Shown here one piece after another: positions 1-10,800 of a DNA stretch of 64,000 nt. The notes below the pieces were generated by a model that was not told the origin of the DNA, searched no databases, and saw nothing but the letters and a program-made list of their open reading frames with translations. This stretch comes from Zootoca vivipara. Taxonomy: Eukaryota. Each line of letters opens with the position of its first letter. Position 1 is the stretch's first letter. Made by a program: the position numbers and the translations under genes. Where the stretch lies: assembly GCF_963506605.1 (NCBI RefSeq), contig NC_083283.1:59520001-59584000 (forward strand). Reading direction: 5' to 3'.

Positions 1-996
1 ATGAACTCTGAGGTGTATCTTCCTTTTTATCTGCAAATGTGATCTTTTTAATGATGAAATGTCACCGTATATCATGCCATGCTGTTGTTGATTAGGAATC
101 ACTTTTCTCTGGCTGACTCGGCGGTTCAACTTCTACACACTGAGAGAGCCAAAACAGACACCATTGAGATGGTGGTAGGAAGGGCAGAGATTCGGCTATA
201 CTGAAGATTAAACTGTGGTTTATTTTTATTTTTTTAAGTTGGAGCCTGTTAGTTGTACTTAATAGCTACTGAAAAAAATGGGATCAACAGAGGCATGACT
301 TATGTTGCATGGGGTGGAGCACCAAATTTTGGCCTTGCATGGGGCTCCACTAAAATTTGAAAGACCAAAGTCCTCCCTCGATTTGTTACAGTTGTTTTAA
401 AATATCCCATAAGATAAACTATGGCAACATTATTACGGTAATACAACTTGTCCAATAGCTCAGGGCCAAACTAGACTTGATGTGGGGGAATGTATAACTG
501 GATTGCAGGACTTTTTGTTTTATTTGGAATAACCCCACAAGAGTTGAATCTTGCAGCATCCTACTAAAAACTGCCCCCACCGTGAAATCTGTAATGCCTT
601 CACATCTACATTATGAATTTTATTTATGAATGTGCAGTTCTCTTTTCTTATAGTAGTCTTCCATGTTTTATGTCTCCCAGTGCATTTGGGAGTATTGTGG
701 ATGTTCCATGGAAATGAATGGATGCTGCCGCCTCGATCCTTGAGTTGTCAGATGCTCCATCTTTGGCCAGCTTTCTCTTTACTGTACATTGAAAAACACC
801 ATTACCATGCCTTTCTATTGGTCTATCTAAGTTTGTTGGAACTCCAGATAAATGTGAGCACTGTATGTTGCAAGACAACATGTACAGCAGTGATTCCCCA
901 CCCCACTGAATGTTATCTTCATCACCCTGTCACATACAATGATTCACTGAGTTTCAAATCACATGGTTTTCTGTTAAGAGCTACTAGTAGGCATAA

Positions 997-1350
997 AAAG
1001 GTAAAGGTAAAGGGACCCCTGACCATTAGGTCCAGTCGTGACCGACTCTGGGGTTGCGCGCTCATCTCGCATTATTGGCCGAGGGAGCCGGCGTATAGCT
1101 TCCGGTCATGTGGCCAGCATGACAAAGCTGCTTCTGGCAAACCAGAGCAGCACATGGAAACACCGTTTACCTTCCCGCTGTAGCGGTTCCTATTTATCTA
1201 CTTGCATTTTGACGTGCTTTCGAACTGCTAAGTTGGCAGGAGCTGGGACCAAGCAACGGGAGCTCACCCTGTCACAGGGATTCGAACCGCCGACCTTCTG
1301 ATCAGCAAGCCCTGGGCTCAGTGATTTAACCACAGCGCCACCTGGGTCCC
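997..1350 (-). mobile_element. Sauria SINE, full length
   Basis: Reverse complement has the GGGACCCAGGTGGCGCTGTGG tRNA-like head and (ACCTTT)n tail; near-identical to the 35845 copy. Confidence 0.9.
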
Positions 1351-4300
1351 TCATAGCAACCCATAAAAAAGTGTTTCTTAAGATTCTGTTTTCTCAACTC
1401 TTAATGAAAATAAGTGGCTTAGTCTAATGCGTTGACTATGCTTTGAACGCAAGTGGAGGAATCTGCAGTTTTGCAGGAGGAGGAGGAAGAGATGGGCAGT
1501 GAAAAGAGGATGTTTTGCCTCCCACCACCCAAACCTATATTTCCAAACCCGATCCAAGTACCATAACATGATTTTTCCAGCAAGCACATCTCGTTCCCTG
1601 CACATACTATTTGCTAGATCAGGAACCATGGCTCAAAATGGGATCTGCATCCACTTTCCCATCTAGTATGAATGCTGTTTTGCACATTCTGCATTGCTTT
1701 CAGTGGAATCAGTGCTCAGGTGCAGGTCCTGATGGAGATGCACATTTGCATCCAAAAGCTAGAGTGTGAAAGCAAAACTGCTGAAAGCAACACACTGTAG
1801 ACAGAGTATGTCTGATTTGCCTGTCAATCATTTTAAACTGTCTCAGAACCCCACCACAGATGTTCTTCCTATTGTGCATTTACAGTGATTTGTTTTTATG
1901 ATGGTGTCAGGACGGTCAATACTATTTCTTCCTACAAAAGTTCAGGGGCAGCCATAGCCGCTTTGTTTCCAATTGGTGTATGACCAGTAGCTTCCTGCTG
2001 AATTTCATACCACAAATGGTTTGTGGATTTTCTTTAGTCCCACATTGGTTGCATTGTAGAGCAAGTGTGACTTGCCAGACAGCAATGCGGTAACATCAGG
2101 GGACATTGTGGAACAACTAATAAAGTGGACTGGCGTGGAGGCGATCCTTTATAAATCCACCACTGATGCACTTATTGTGTTATTGGTTGTGCCCCCTTGA
2201 CACAGAAACTATCCTTCAGAAGGGGAGAAATTGAGCTCCAAGAAGAAGTACACCACCCGAGAGACCAATTGCCTATTCCACATGATCCTTTAAACCGCGA
2301 AGGCTGTTAAGAGGTGCAAATTTTATATTGGAAACAGAAAATGTGTTCTACACAGACAATACTGCATGAAATTACTTATTTAACAAATGCAAAGACTTTA
2401 AAATTCTACAAACAACTTTCAGGTGGCAACTGTTCCAAGAAGCAGAGATCTAAGTTCCAAATAGAACTTGGGGGCTCTGATTTGGGAATAGGACTGCCAG
2501 TTGACCTTTATTTTTATTTAATTTTGTAACTTCATCCTTAGTTGCCAAGTAATGGCCTTTAGAAGAATAAGATATTGTGTAAATGTCCCAAGTGTCTCCA
2601 ACCCATCAGGGACGAATGCCGACAGGCTTCCTGCAAACCCATGTCTGAATCTCCAGAGAGCTGCTTAGGGGCTGGCCCAGATGCTTTTGAACAGAAAATG
2701 GCTGGTAGGGAAAGGGTTAGGTAAAGACTCTTTCATTTCTCACTGCTTTGCTCAAAATCATTCTTTTGAAACTGCCTTCCAATATATATTCAGGCTTCCT
2801 TATACAGTACATGTACTTTGACCCTCATTCATGAAAAGAATATTTGTGCTGTATTTGTTGCTTTCCCTGACAACTCTTGTAGTTTTAAGGGTGTGGGGTA
2901 TCATTTTTAATAACTCAAAATAAGAGGCAGGTACAGAAACAATGCCTAAACAGCCAGTGATTGCTCTATCTGGATATTTATGAGATCTTATCAGCAAGCC
3001 AAGTTTATAAGTAGCTAGCAGCTGCAATGTATGTATCTGTGTGTGTATAGATATTGACACACATACTGCCACATTTGGAGTAGCTTTACAGATTGTGGGA
3101 TGCTACCATTATGGTGAACTTTACTATTTATTTGCTAATCCAGGAAGGTAAGCAAATGGGCTGCCCATTTTATAGAAAGCTGGTGCTTACTCATTATGTA
3201 TACTGTAGTTTGGAATGATAGCTTTCAAGATGATCTACAGTTTTTCACAGGTGCAAAGTTGTACAATTTCCTTCCCTTATGCATTGCTGTCTGAAAACAA
3301 AATTTAAACATAATACATTTGTCCTGAATACATAAATAATAACCTAACAGTATTTACCAGCCGGCCTCCTGCTTTGTTTTGTCAGGAGCCCCTCATCTCA
3401 ATTCAGGATTCATGTTCACAATAGAACTGTGGGGATCTGCTTCAGCCATACTTGCATTCCAGACATTCTTTATTGTAATGATGAAGAGAGTGAATGCTTT
3501 TTTAGGGAGGGGCGAATAATGGAAGGCTTGTCCTTTCCGCAGCTCATGCTCATTTATGTTGTACATGTCACAAACTGAATGTGGCAGTTAATTGCTTTTT
3601 AGGAGGTAAGCAATTCATTTTCCAGAGCTGGGTGTGCAGAAACGAGAACTTAAAGTGAATGTGGTGGGGCAAAGAACCTCAAATATAGGAACTTTGAACC
3701 TTTAATCTCTCTTTCAAAGGTAATCACTGTGTTCTACATTAGAAGAAAAGGCGACTGAGAGTCAATATCCTCCTTTCTCTTTCTCTCTCACACAATGCTT
3801 CACTTATGATTCCTGTCTGCCCATCATAAAACATACGACCACAGTGGCATTTGTGGGATGATTAAACTATTGATTAGACAAAAGAAATCTGTCTTTCTTT
3901 CTCCTGTTGTCTGAGAGAACTGTGTGTGCCTGACTGTTATAAACTGTAAAACTTTGTTGGTGGGGTTCCTAAAAAAAAAAAAACCTTAAGATTTTTGATG
4001 TGCAATTTGCAGGCATCAAGAAAACCTCATTTTATGGCTTGGCAAATGACATTAAAAAGAACAAAACACCACAAAGCTATTTAGCTTCCATCTGAGAACT
4101 TGTTAAATCCTAACTAACATTCTTGCTGTCTTCTGAAATAGTTTAAAGCAGTGTGGCTTGGATAAAGGTTAGCTTGAAGACCTCTGGCCAGAAAAGCTCC
4201 CTCCCTGACTTTTTGCGGCCACCTGGGGAAATTATATGTGGGAACACCCGAGGCCCACCCAATCACTGTCAAAGTGGAGAGGGCAGAATGTTGGTGTCCT

Positions 4301-4465
4301 CCAGCTCCATTGCTCCATCTTCTGTCCCTGGATTCAGATGCCCATGGCGGAGTTGGTAAGCATTTTTTGTGGAAGTTGTTGCTTCTGAAGACAGCGAGGA
4401 CAAGAAGAGAGGGCACTGAGGACAGAAACTAAAAGGAAATGAGAGACTGGAGGAAGGAAAAAAGA

Positions 4466-4690
4466 GAACATAAGAGCCCTGGTGGGTCATATAATCTAGT
4501 CCAGCATCCTGTTCTCACAGTGGCCAACCAGATTTTATTTATTTGACTTTCTATACCACCCTATACCCGCAGGTCTCAGGGTGGTTCACCAGATGCCTAT
4601 GGGATGCCCGCAAGCAGGACAGAAGTGCAATGGCATTCTCGGGGCTTATGATTCTCAGCAACTGATATTCAGAGGCATAATGCTTTCCAA
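4466..4690 (-). mobile_element. CR1 LINE 3' fragment with a ~54-bp L2-like tail inserted (4534-4587)
   Basis: aacataagagcc...ctagtccagcatcctgttctcacagtggccaaccagat CR1-type end; insert flanked by ACCAGAT at 4527-4533 and 4588-4594. Confidence 0.6.
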
Positions 4691-6029
4691 AGCAAACCCT
4701 ATATACAACCACTCCCCAATGCAACATTTTGTTGCAGGTCCCATTTGTTTGTTATGCAAATCTGACAGTTTAGAGGTACAGTGTCTCCTTCCAACACTAT
4801 TTGAAGCCAAAAAATGGCTTTGTTGTTGTTTCCTTCCTGGGATAGCAAAGAAATAAATGGCACTTACATTTAATTAAAAATGTAGGGATGCCTGATGCAA
4901 AATGGTTAATGCAGTTATATTTATCGAATTACCTTCTGATGACATAACAGTACACAACTTTTAAAGCTATACACACGATTCCCCATTGCTTATAGCACAG
5001 GGCAGCTAAAGTCAAGACAAGTGTGATCAAAATTGAACTTTAGACTGTGCCTTTAACTTTGTTCTCTCTGTATGTGATCAATATTGCATATGAATAAGCT
5101 TATTGTACATTGCTTATAAACAGAAATTACTTTCCCCCCTGCCCCTTACTGAAATAATCCATGGTTTGGGCCAGTGCCTAAGTCACAAAATTTCCAATGA
5201 TATTTATAAACAAGGTTATAGTAAATATTTAATTTTATCATGACATCTTACTCATCAGTACAACCTCATTTCTCTGGATGTGAAATGCTTTGGAATTGTT
5301 TTACATCCTACTTAAAACAAATTCCACATTGCCTATGGAAACGAGAAAAACATTGTTTTTGAGAAGCAAGTAGCTTTGCAGGTGCCAGAATAATTTAGTT
5401 ATAGCTGGCTCATTTTGTCAGATTTAATAATAGAATTGGGGGGGGGGTGTTCATTGTTTCTTCTCACTATTTTGAAAGTATAGGGTTATTTTCTGCAGAG
5501 TTTTAATTCAACATCATTAAAATAAGTTATTCATGCAGAGGTATTTATCAAAACATGTTTATGTACCTTTTCTGTTGTGCTGCATGGTAACTGGAATGCA
5601 CCACAAAATCCAAAATGGTTTGGATCCAGACCAAAGGAGGCTGCAATCCACTTCCCATTTACCTGGGAAAGCCCCCTTAAACTCAGTAGGATCTACTTAT
5701 GATCTATCAGATGTCTGCACTGTTAGTCATCAATTCCACTGAAATAAACAGGACTTGTTAGCTATATGACTAATTTGTCCAATTGCTTTAAATGGGACTA
5801 ATGTGTGACTAACCTGCTTAATCCTGTGTTAAATCCCTTTACTTACTCCTGCGTGTGTACAGAACTGCAAATTTAAGATTAGAGCAAATTCATTCTAATT
5901 GCTGGATTAGTTCAAAGATGTTACAAAGATGTATATCTAATTGCCTCACGACCTCAGAAAGATACGGGCAATGATCGATCCCACCTCAAAAATTATTAAC
6001 ATTTCAGAGAATTGTGTTGAAATTATGTA

Positions 6030-6392
6030 CAGGTGAAACTCGGAAAATTTGAATATCGTCGAAAAGTGTATTTATTTCAGTAACGCAACTTAAAAGGTGA
6101 AACCAATATATGAGATAGATGCATGACATGCAAAGCAAGGTATGTCAAGCCTTTATTTGTTGTAATTGTAATTATTTGCCATTAGGCAGGTCAATTATAA
6201 ATCGAATGTAATTAATGAAATGTAATAGCGATGTTTATTTTTGTTTTTTTCTGTATTATTGTAACTATTTGTTTTATTACTGTGGAATTTCCAAAAGAAA
6301 ACATTTGTAAAAATGAAAATAAAAAATAATAAGTTGCATTACTGAAATAAATGCACTTTTCGACGATATTATAATTTTCCGAGTTTCACCTC
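6030..6392. mobile_element. Non-autonomous Tc1/mariner element (MITE)
   Basis: ~60-bp TIRs (CAGGTGAAACTCGGAAAATT...GCAACTT), TA on both flanks, AT-rich interior with no transposase. Confidence 0.85.
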
Positions 6393-7771
6393 TATAATCA
6401 GTATAAAACGATACTTTGTAAGGGGTATATATTTTTTGATCTCTTTGAATACGTATCAGTAAATAAATTTAAAAGAGAAAGAGGAGAAAGAAGGAAAACA
6501 GCAAGATAAAAAAATGGGTTATATGTTGCAGGAAGGGGGCTAAAGATCTCAAAAAGTTGGGACGCCCCTGTCATTCATGTTAAAAGTATAGTTCTATTAA
6601 ACCGTGCTGAGAAAGGGCTCAAGTGAAAAGCACAGAGTGGAGTTGAGTATCTCGGGAAGCTCTATAATTCAAGATGCCGTGATCGCCCTTAAAATGGGCA
6701 GCTCTCATCCTCTGGCTTCACATTCCTCCGCCTCTCAACCTGCTCCTTCCCTCCAGGGCCGCATCCCCGACCCATTGCTGCCTCAGCAACCCTCCCGCTG
6801 CCTTAAACTTAGCCTTGCGAGGCGGCGGCTGCCCGGAGGGCTCGTGCGCTTTTTGCCGCCTCCTCCCTTCAACTTGACACCAAATCCGAAGGGTGGAGGC
6901 GGGGGAAGCGGAGGAGGAGGAGGAAAACAAGCCGCCGCCGCTCGAGAAGCAAGCCTGAAGCACACAGTAAACTCCCTCCCCGTCAGCGCTTCCATCTGCG
7001 CCTGCGCGAACGCGTCTCGAATTCCTATTCCAGGCGAGCGAAGGGTCCCGAGAGAACTCGCGCATGACCGTTAGGAGGACATGCCTAGCTCCCGGCTACC
7101 CAACTCCCGATCCCCGCTCAGTGCCGAAGACGCTCGGCTATCTCCGTCCTTTTCCGACGCGCCCCTTCCCTCCTCCTCTTCCCCCCGCTAGCCCGCCCGC
7201 CCTCGCTCCGTCTGCCTGACCCAGGAATCTCAGCAGAGACTGAGGAGAGAGAGGGAGGGAAACGAAGGCAGGAGCCGCCGCCGCCGCCGCCGCGGGGGCT
7301 GGAAGATGGCGGTTGGGATGGGGAGGAGGAGGAGGAGGCGGCAGCAGCAGCAGGCACGGGGCTGTTGGAAAAGGCAACGAGGATCTTCGCGCAGGCGAGG
7401 CTGAGGGAAACGCCGCCGCCGCCGCGTCCCCGGAAAGCTGCTCTCGCCGCCGCCGCCGCTGCTTGTTGCCGGTTCGCCTCCTCTCGACTCGCTGCTTCCC
7501 CGCCGGCGTGAGATGGACGTCGGCGCCGCCTTGCTTCCCCAGCCGAGGGAGCCTCGTCGTCCTCGCCGGGGTTCGCGGCCGTCGCCTTGAGGTTCCGCCG
7601 CGGTCCTGAGGGGAGAGGCGGGCTCCGTCGCGCGCTGCCTGCGAGCGAGACTCGCTCTCGCTTCTCCACCCTCTGTCGCGAAGCGGCAGGGCGACCCCTG
7701 AGGGAGCTGGCTGGCTGCTGAGGGGGACGGGACACCCGGCGCTGCCTCCTCCTCCTTCGCCGTCAGGGAAG

Positions 7772-7825
7772 ATGTCGGATACGAAGGTGAAAGTGGCCGT
7801 CAGAGTCCGGCCCATGAACAGGAGA

Positions 7826-7826
<1 letters not shown>
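7772..7826 (+). CDS. KIF13A: KIF13A coding exon 1 ([19 protein letters not shown])
   Basis: ATG in aagATGT context at 7772; donor G|gtaata at 7827. Confidence 0.96.
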
Positions 7827-7892
<66 letters not shown>

Positions 7893-10800
7893 GGACGGAG
7901 ATGGCTCACACTCGCCTCTCAGCAGTCCCCGACTAACCCCGTCTTCACCCCTCAGAAGCACCTTTCCCCCTCGCTCCCTTCCGCCCCTCCAACTTGTTTG
8001 CAGAGTTGAACTTTTTTCTCTTCCTTGGATTGGCGGCGGGGCGAGGAAAAGGGAAGGGTGTCCCCTCTGGCTTTAGCAAAACATTTGCCTAGCCCTTCCT
8101 GGCGAAAGACTCGGGAGCGGGGAGCTTGGGGTGTGAGTCCCGCGGTGGGAAGGAAGAAGCCCCGATCCCTTATTCGCTCCCTTGGTTTTCTTGGTTGGAG
8201 CGTAGCCTCCCTTTTCTTGCAGCGAGGGGCGTGGAGTTGAGGGCAAACCCCGCCGGCTCCTTGTACAGTACTGTAAATCTGTTTGGAGTTGGTCTGCTCG
8301 CTTGCTGGGTGGGTGGGGAAAGCTGGCTGGCTTTGGGGCGATTTCGCCAATCTATCAGGGGTGCCAACATGAATAAAACTATGGAGGGGAGGCAGATGAG
8401 CCCCGCTCCGCATAATTGATCACATGACACAGCACACACCGTTTGAATGGCAATGCCCATAAACTTGTGTCCAAAATAAGGTTACCAGATTTTTTTCAGA
8501 CGGACTTTGGCCCCTAGGACTTGGCTTCTATGCAGCCTATCATAGAGTTGCAAGGGGCCACAAGGGTCATCTAGTTCAACTCCCTGCAATGAAGAAATCT
8601 TTTGCCCAGTGTGGGTTCAAACCCATGACCCTGAGATTAAGAGTCTCATGATCTACTGACTGAGCTGTCCCAGGTGGCTAAAAGTTGTGGCTCTTCTCTC
8701 TTCCCCACTTCCAGTGGAGGATCTGACACTATCATCTAGTCTTGGAGATGGTGCCCTGAAATGGCTTACATGGTCTTGTTTTTTTGGGGGGGGGGACATT
8801 TGTGAACATGGAACTGGGGATAGCACACAATTGTATCATTTCACACGAGTAACATGTGGAGAACATACAAGCCAGACAATGAGACTGGGCACTGGTGGAG
8901 AGCCTCTGTCAATCTGTAGCTCTCCAACTTTCTGCTCTAGGATTGTCCTTTCCCCCCTTTTTTCCCTACCCTACTTTTTTTTTGGTGAGCAACGCCCATG
9001 CCATTTCCTACACTCTTAGCAGCAAAAGGGAGTTGTTTTCTGGACACAAGAAGAAAGAAACAGGAAAAACCCTGCTGGCTTGGGATGAGCTGTATATATC
9101 ATTTTGTAAGGGAACATTCTGAAATCCTCGGTTGCATTATGTTTCAGAGCTGGAGCTGAATACAAAGTGCATTGTGGAGATGGAAGGGAATCAAACTGTG
9201 CTGCATCCTCCACCTTCAAACAACAAGCAGGGAGAAAACAGGTAAACATCCAAATCTATATTCTCAATTCAAATAAGTGATTTGTGTGCTTTGTTAAGGA
9301 AGCACCACCTGTTTCTGTAACTTGTCTCTACTCATGGGGAAAAGTTCTGGGACGTCTGGTTCACAACCATATAAAAAAGGAAGAATTACAATTAACCTTC
9401 AACAAGCTGAGTGCTGAGTTGCATGAAAAATAGTTATGGATTCTGACTTAATGTAGAATAATAATGATAAGCTAGTAAAATAAGCTACTAAGAATGTTGG
9501 AAATCAAAACACTGTAGGTTTAAGTACAGTTAAGTACAGTTACCTTGTAAACCACACTCCCCCCAATGTAGTATTCTTTGTTGATTCAGGAACGATAGAC
9601 TACTACCGGTATGGATTCTTTGGTAGCAGTGAAAATTGTTACTGATTTCAGTGCATATACAGCTGAGTAGATGTATTTCCTGGATTCTTTATTAAGTTTG
9701 CTTATTTTAATGAATGAAGAGTGAAGAACTAAATCATATCTGGCTTTTATTTCTAAAGGCCTGAAAAAAATTGTTGGAAAATATCCAAAATACCAATGTG
9801 CCAGACTGTAAAAATAGATCAGATTTTTTCTTCATAAGGGACCAGGAGGGAGGTTGTTCAGAAGAGACATAGAAGGAAAAGTTAGTGTTGTCTGTGTTTT
9901 TTGGGTAGGTGGGTATGATCTGTTGATTGTCATAAGCACTTCACTCTGAATGTCTTCTTTGAGTGTTGTAATTACTTTTTAATATGAAAACATTGTTTGA
10001 CATTGTATAGGTAGGTGGCAGTGTACTATTCTACTGAAACAGTTTGTTGAGAAGCAGCATTCATTACTGAGAATGGAGGAAGGTTGGCAGAATATGTGAT
10101 AGTGTTGAAGAGCTGTCTAATTGTAGGGCTTTTGCTTGCAAACTGATGCACAGATTCCAGTATTTGGCATGCAGTATTTATTTTAAAGTTTGCCATCAGG
10201 AAATAAAGGTGTATGAAACTATATACTTGGTTAATTTCATTTTTAAACAATAAAAATAGGCTTACTTAGTGCTATTTTTCTAGAAAAAGAGGTGCTGGAA
10301 CTCACCATGAACACCTCCCTTGTTCTCTTATAAGGCAGTGGCGCCCACCTGAGAGGTGCCGGAATTGAGTTCCAGAGAGTTCCAGATAACAAAAACCCCT
10401 GGGCTTACTCCTTTTTGCCATTAAAACAGCACAACGTGCCACGACTGATTCAGCCAGTGCAGCTTGTGACATGTTAGAATTTCAAGTGGACAGCAGTCTC
10501 CAGTCTTAAGATAAAGTAGACATGTCATCTTTATGTCTTCTCCAGCACAGAACCAAGGCTTGGTGGCAATAAAATTGGAGTAGAACTGGGGATCATTTGC
10601 ATATGCAGCACATACAAGATATTTTACTGAACTGACCCGTGTTGCTGTATGCCTATGTGTTTGTTAGATTCATTGATCACTTCATCCCAAAGGTTACAGT
10701 CAAGTAACAATCTGAAAGTATATTAAATCCCTTAAAAACAACTGTTTTGTATTTTTATGTTAGATTATATATAGTTGGTTGTTGTGTGGCATATACATAA

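Larger units (their letters stand above)
6760..8260. promoter_or_regulatory. CpG island: KIF13A promoter, 5' UTR and first exon
   Basis: Abrupt GC/CpG enrichment spanning the ATG, GCC and GGA repeats, YY1-like AAGATGGCGG at 7303-7312; the TSS cannot be fixed from sequence. Confidence 0.85.

Noticed and set aside
96-740. Possible exons of an upstream gene (AG/GT-bounded 96-174 reading NHFSLADSAVQLLHTERAKTDTIEMV; TAGTAG acceptor at ~651-656)
   Set aside because: No recognisable protein family and no convincing in-frame chain; such signals occur by chance. Needs RNA-seq or BLAST.
6604-8460. Long overlapping ORFs (up to 225 aa) on both strands of the CpG island
   Set aside because: Low-complexity Gly/Ala/Arg/Pro translations expected from stop-poor GC-rich DNA; no domain recognised.
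8590-8673. tRNA-Lys(CTT)-like gene
   Set aside because: Degenerate stems and boxes, directly fused to a CR1-like tail; it is a SINE head.
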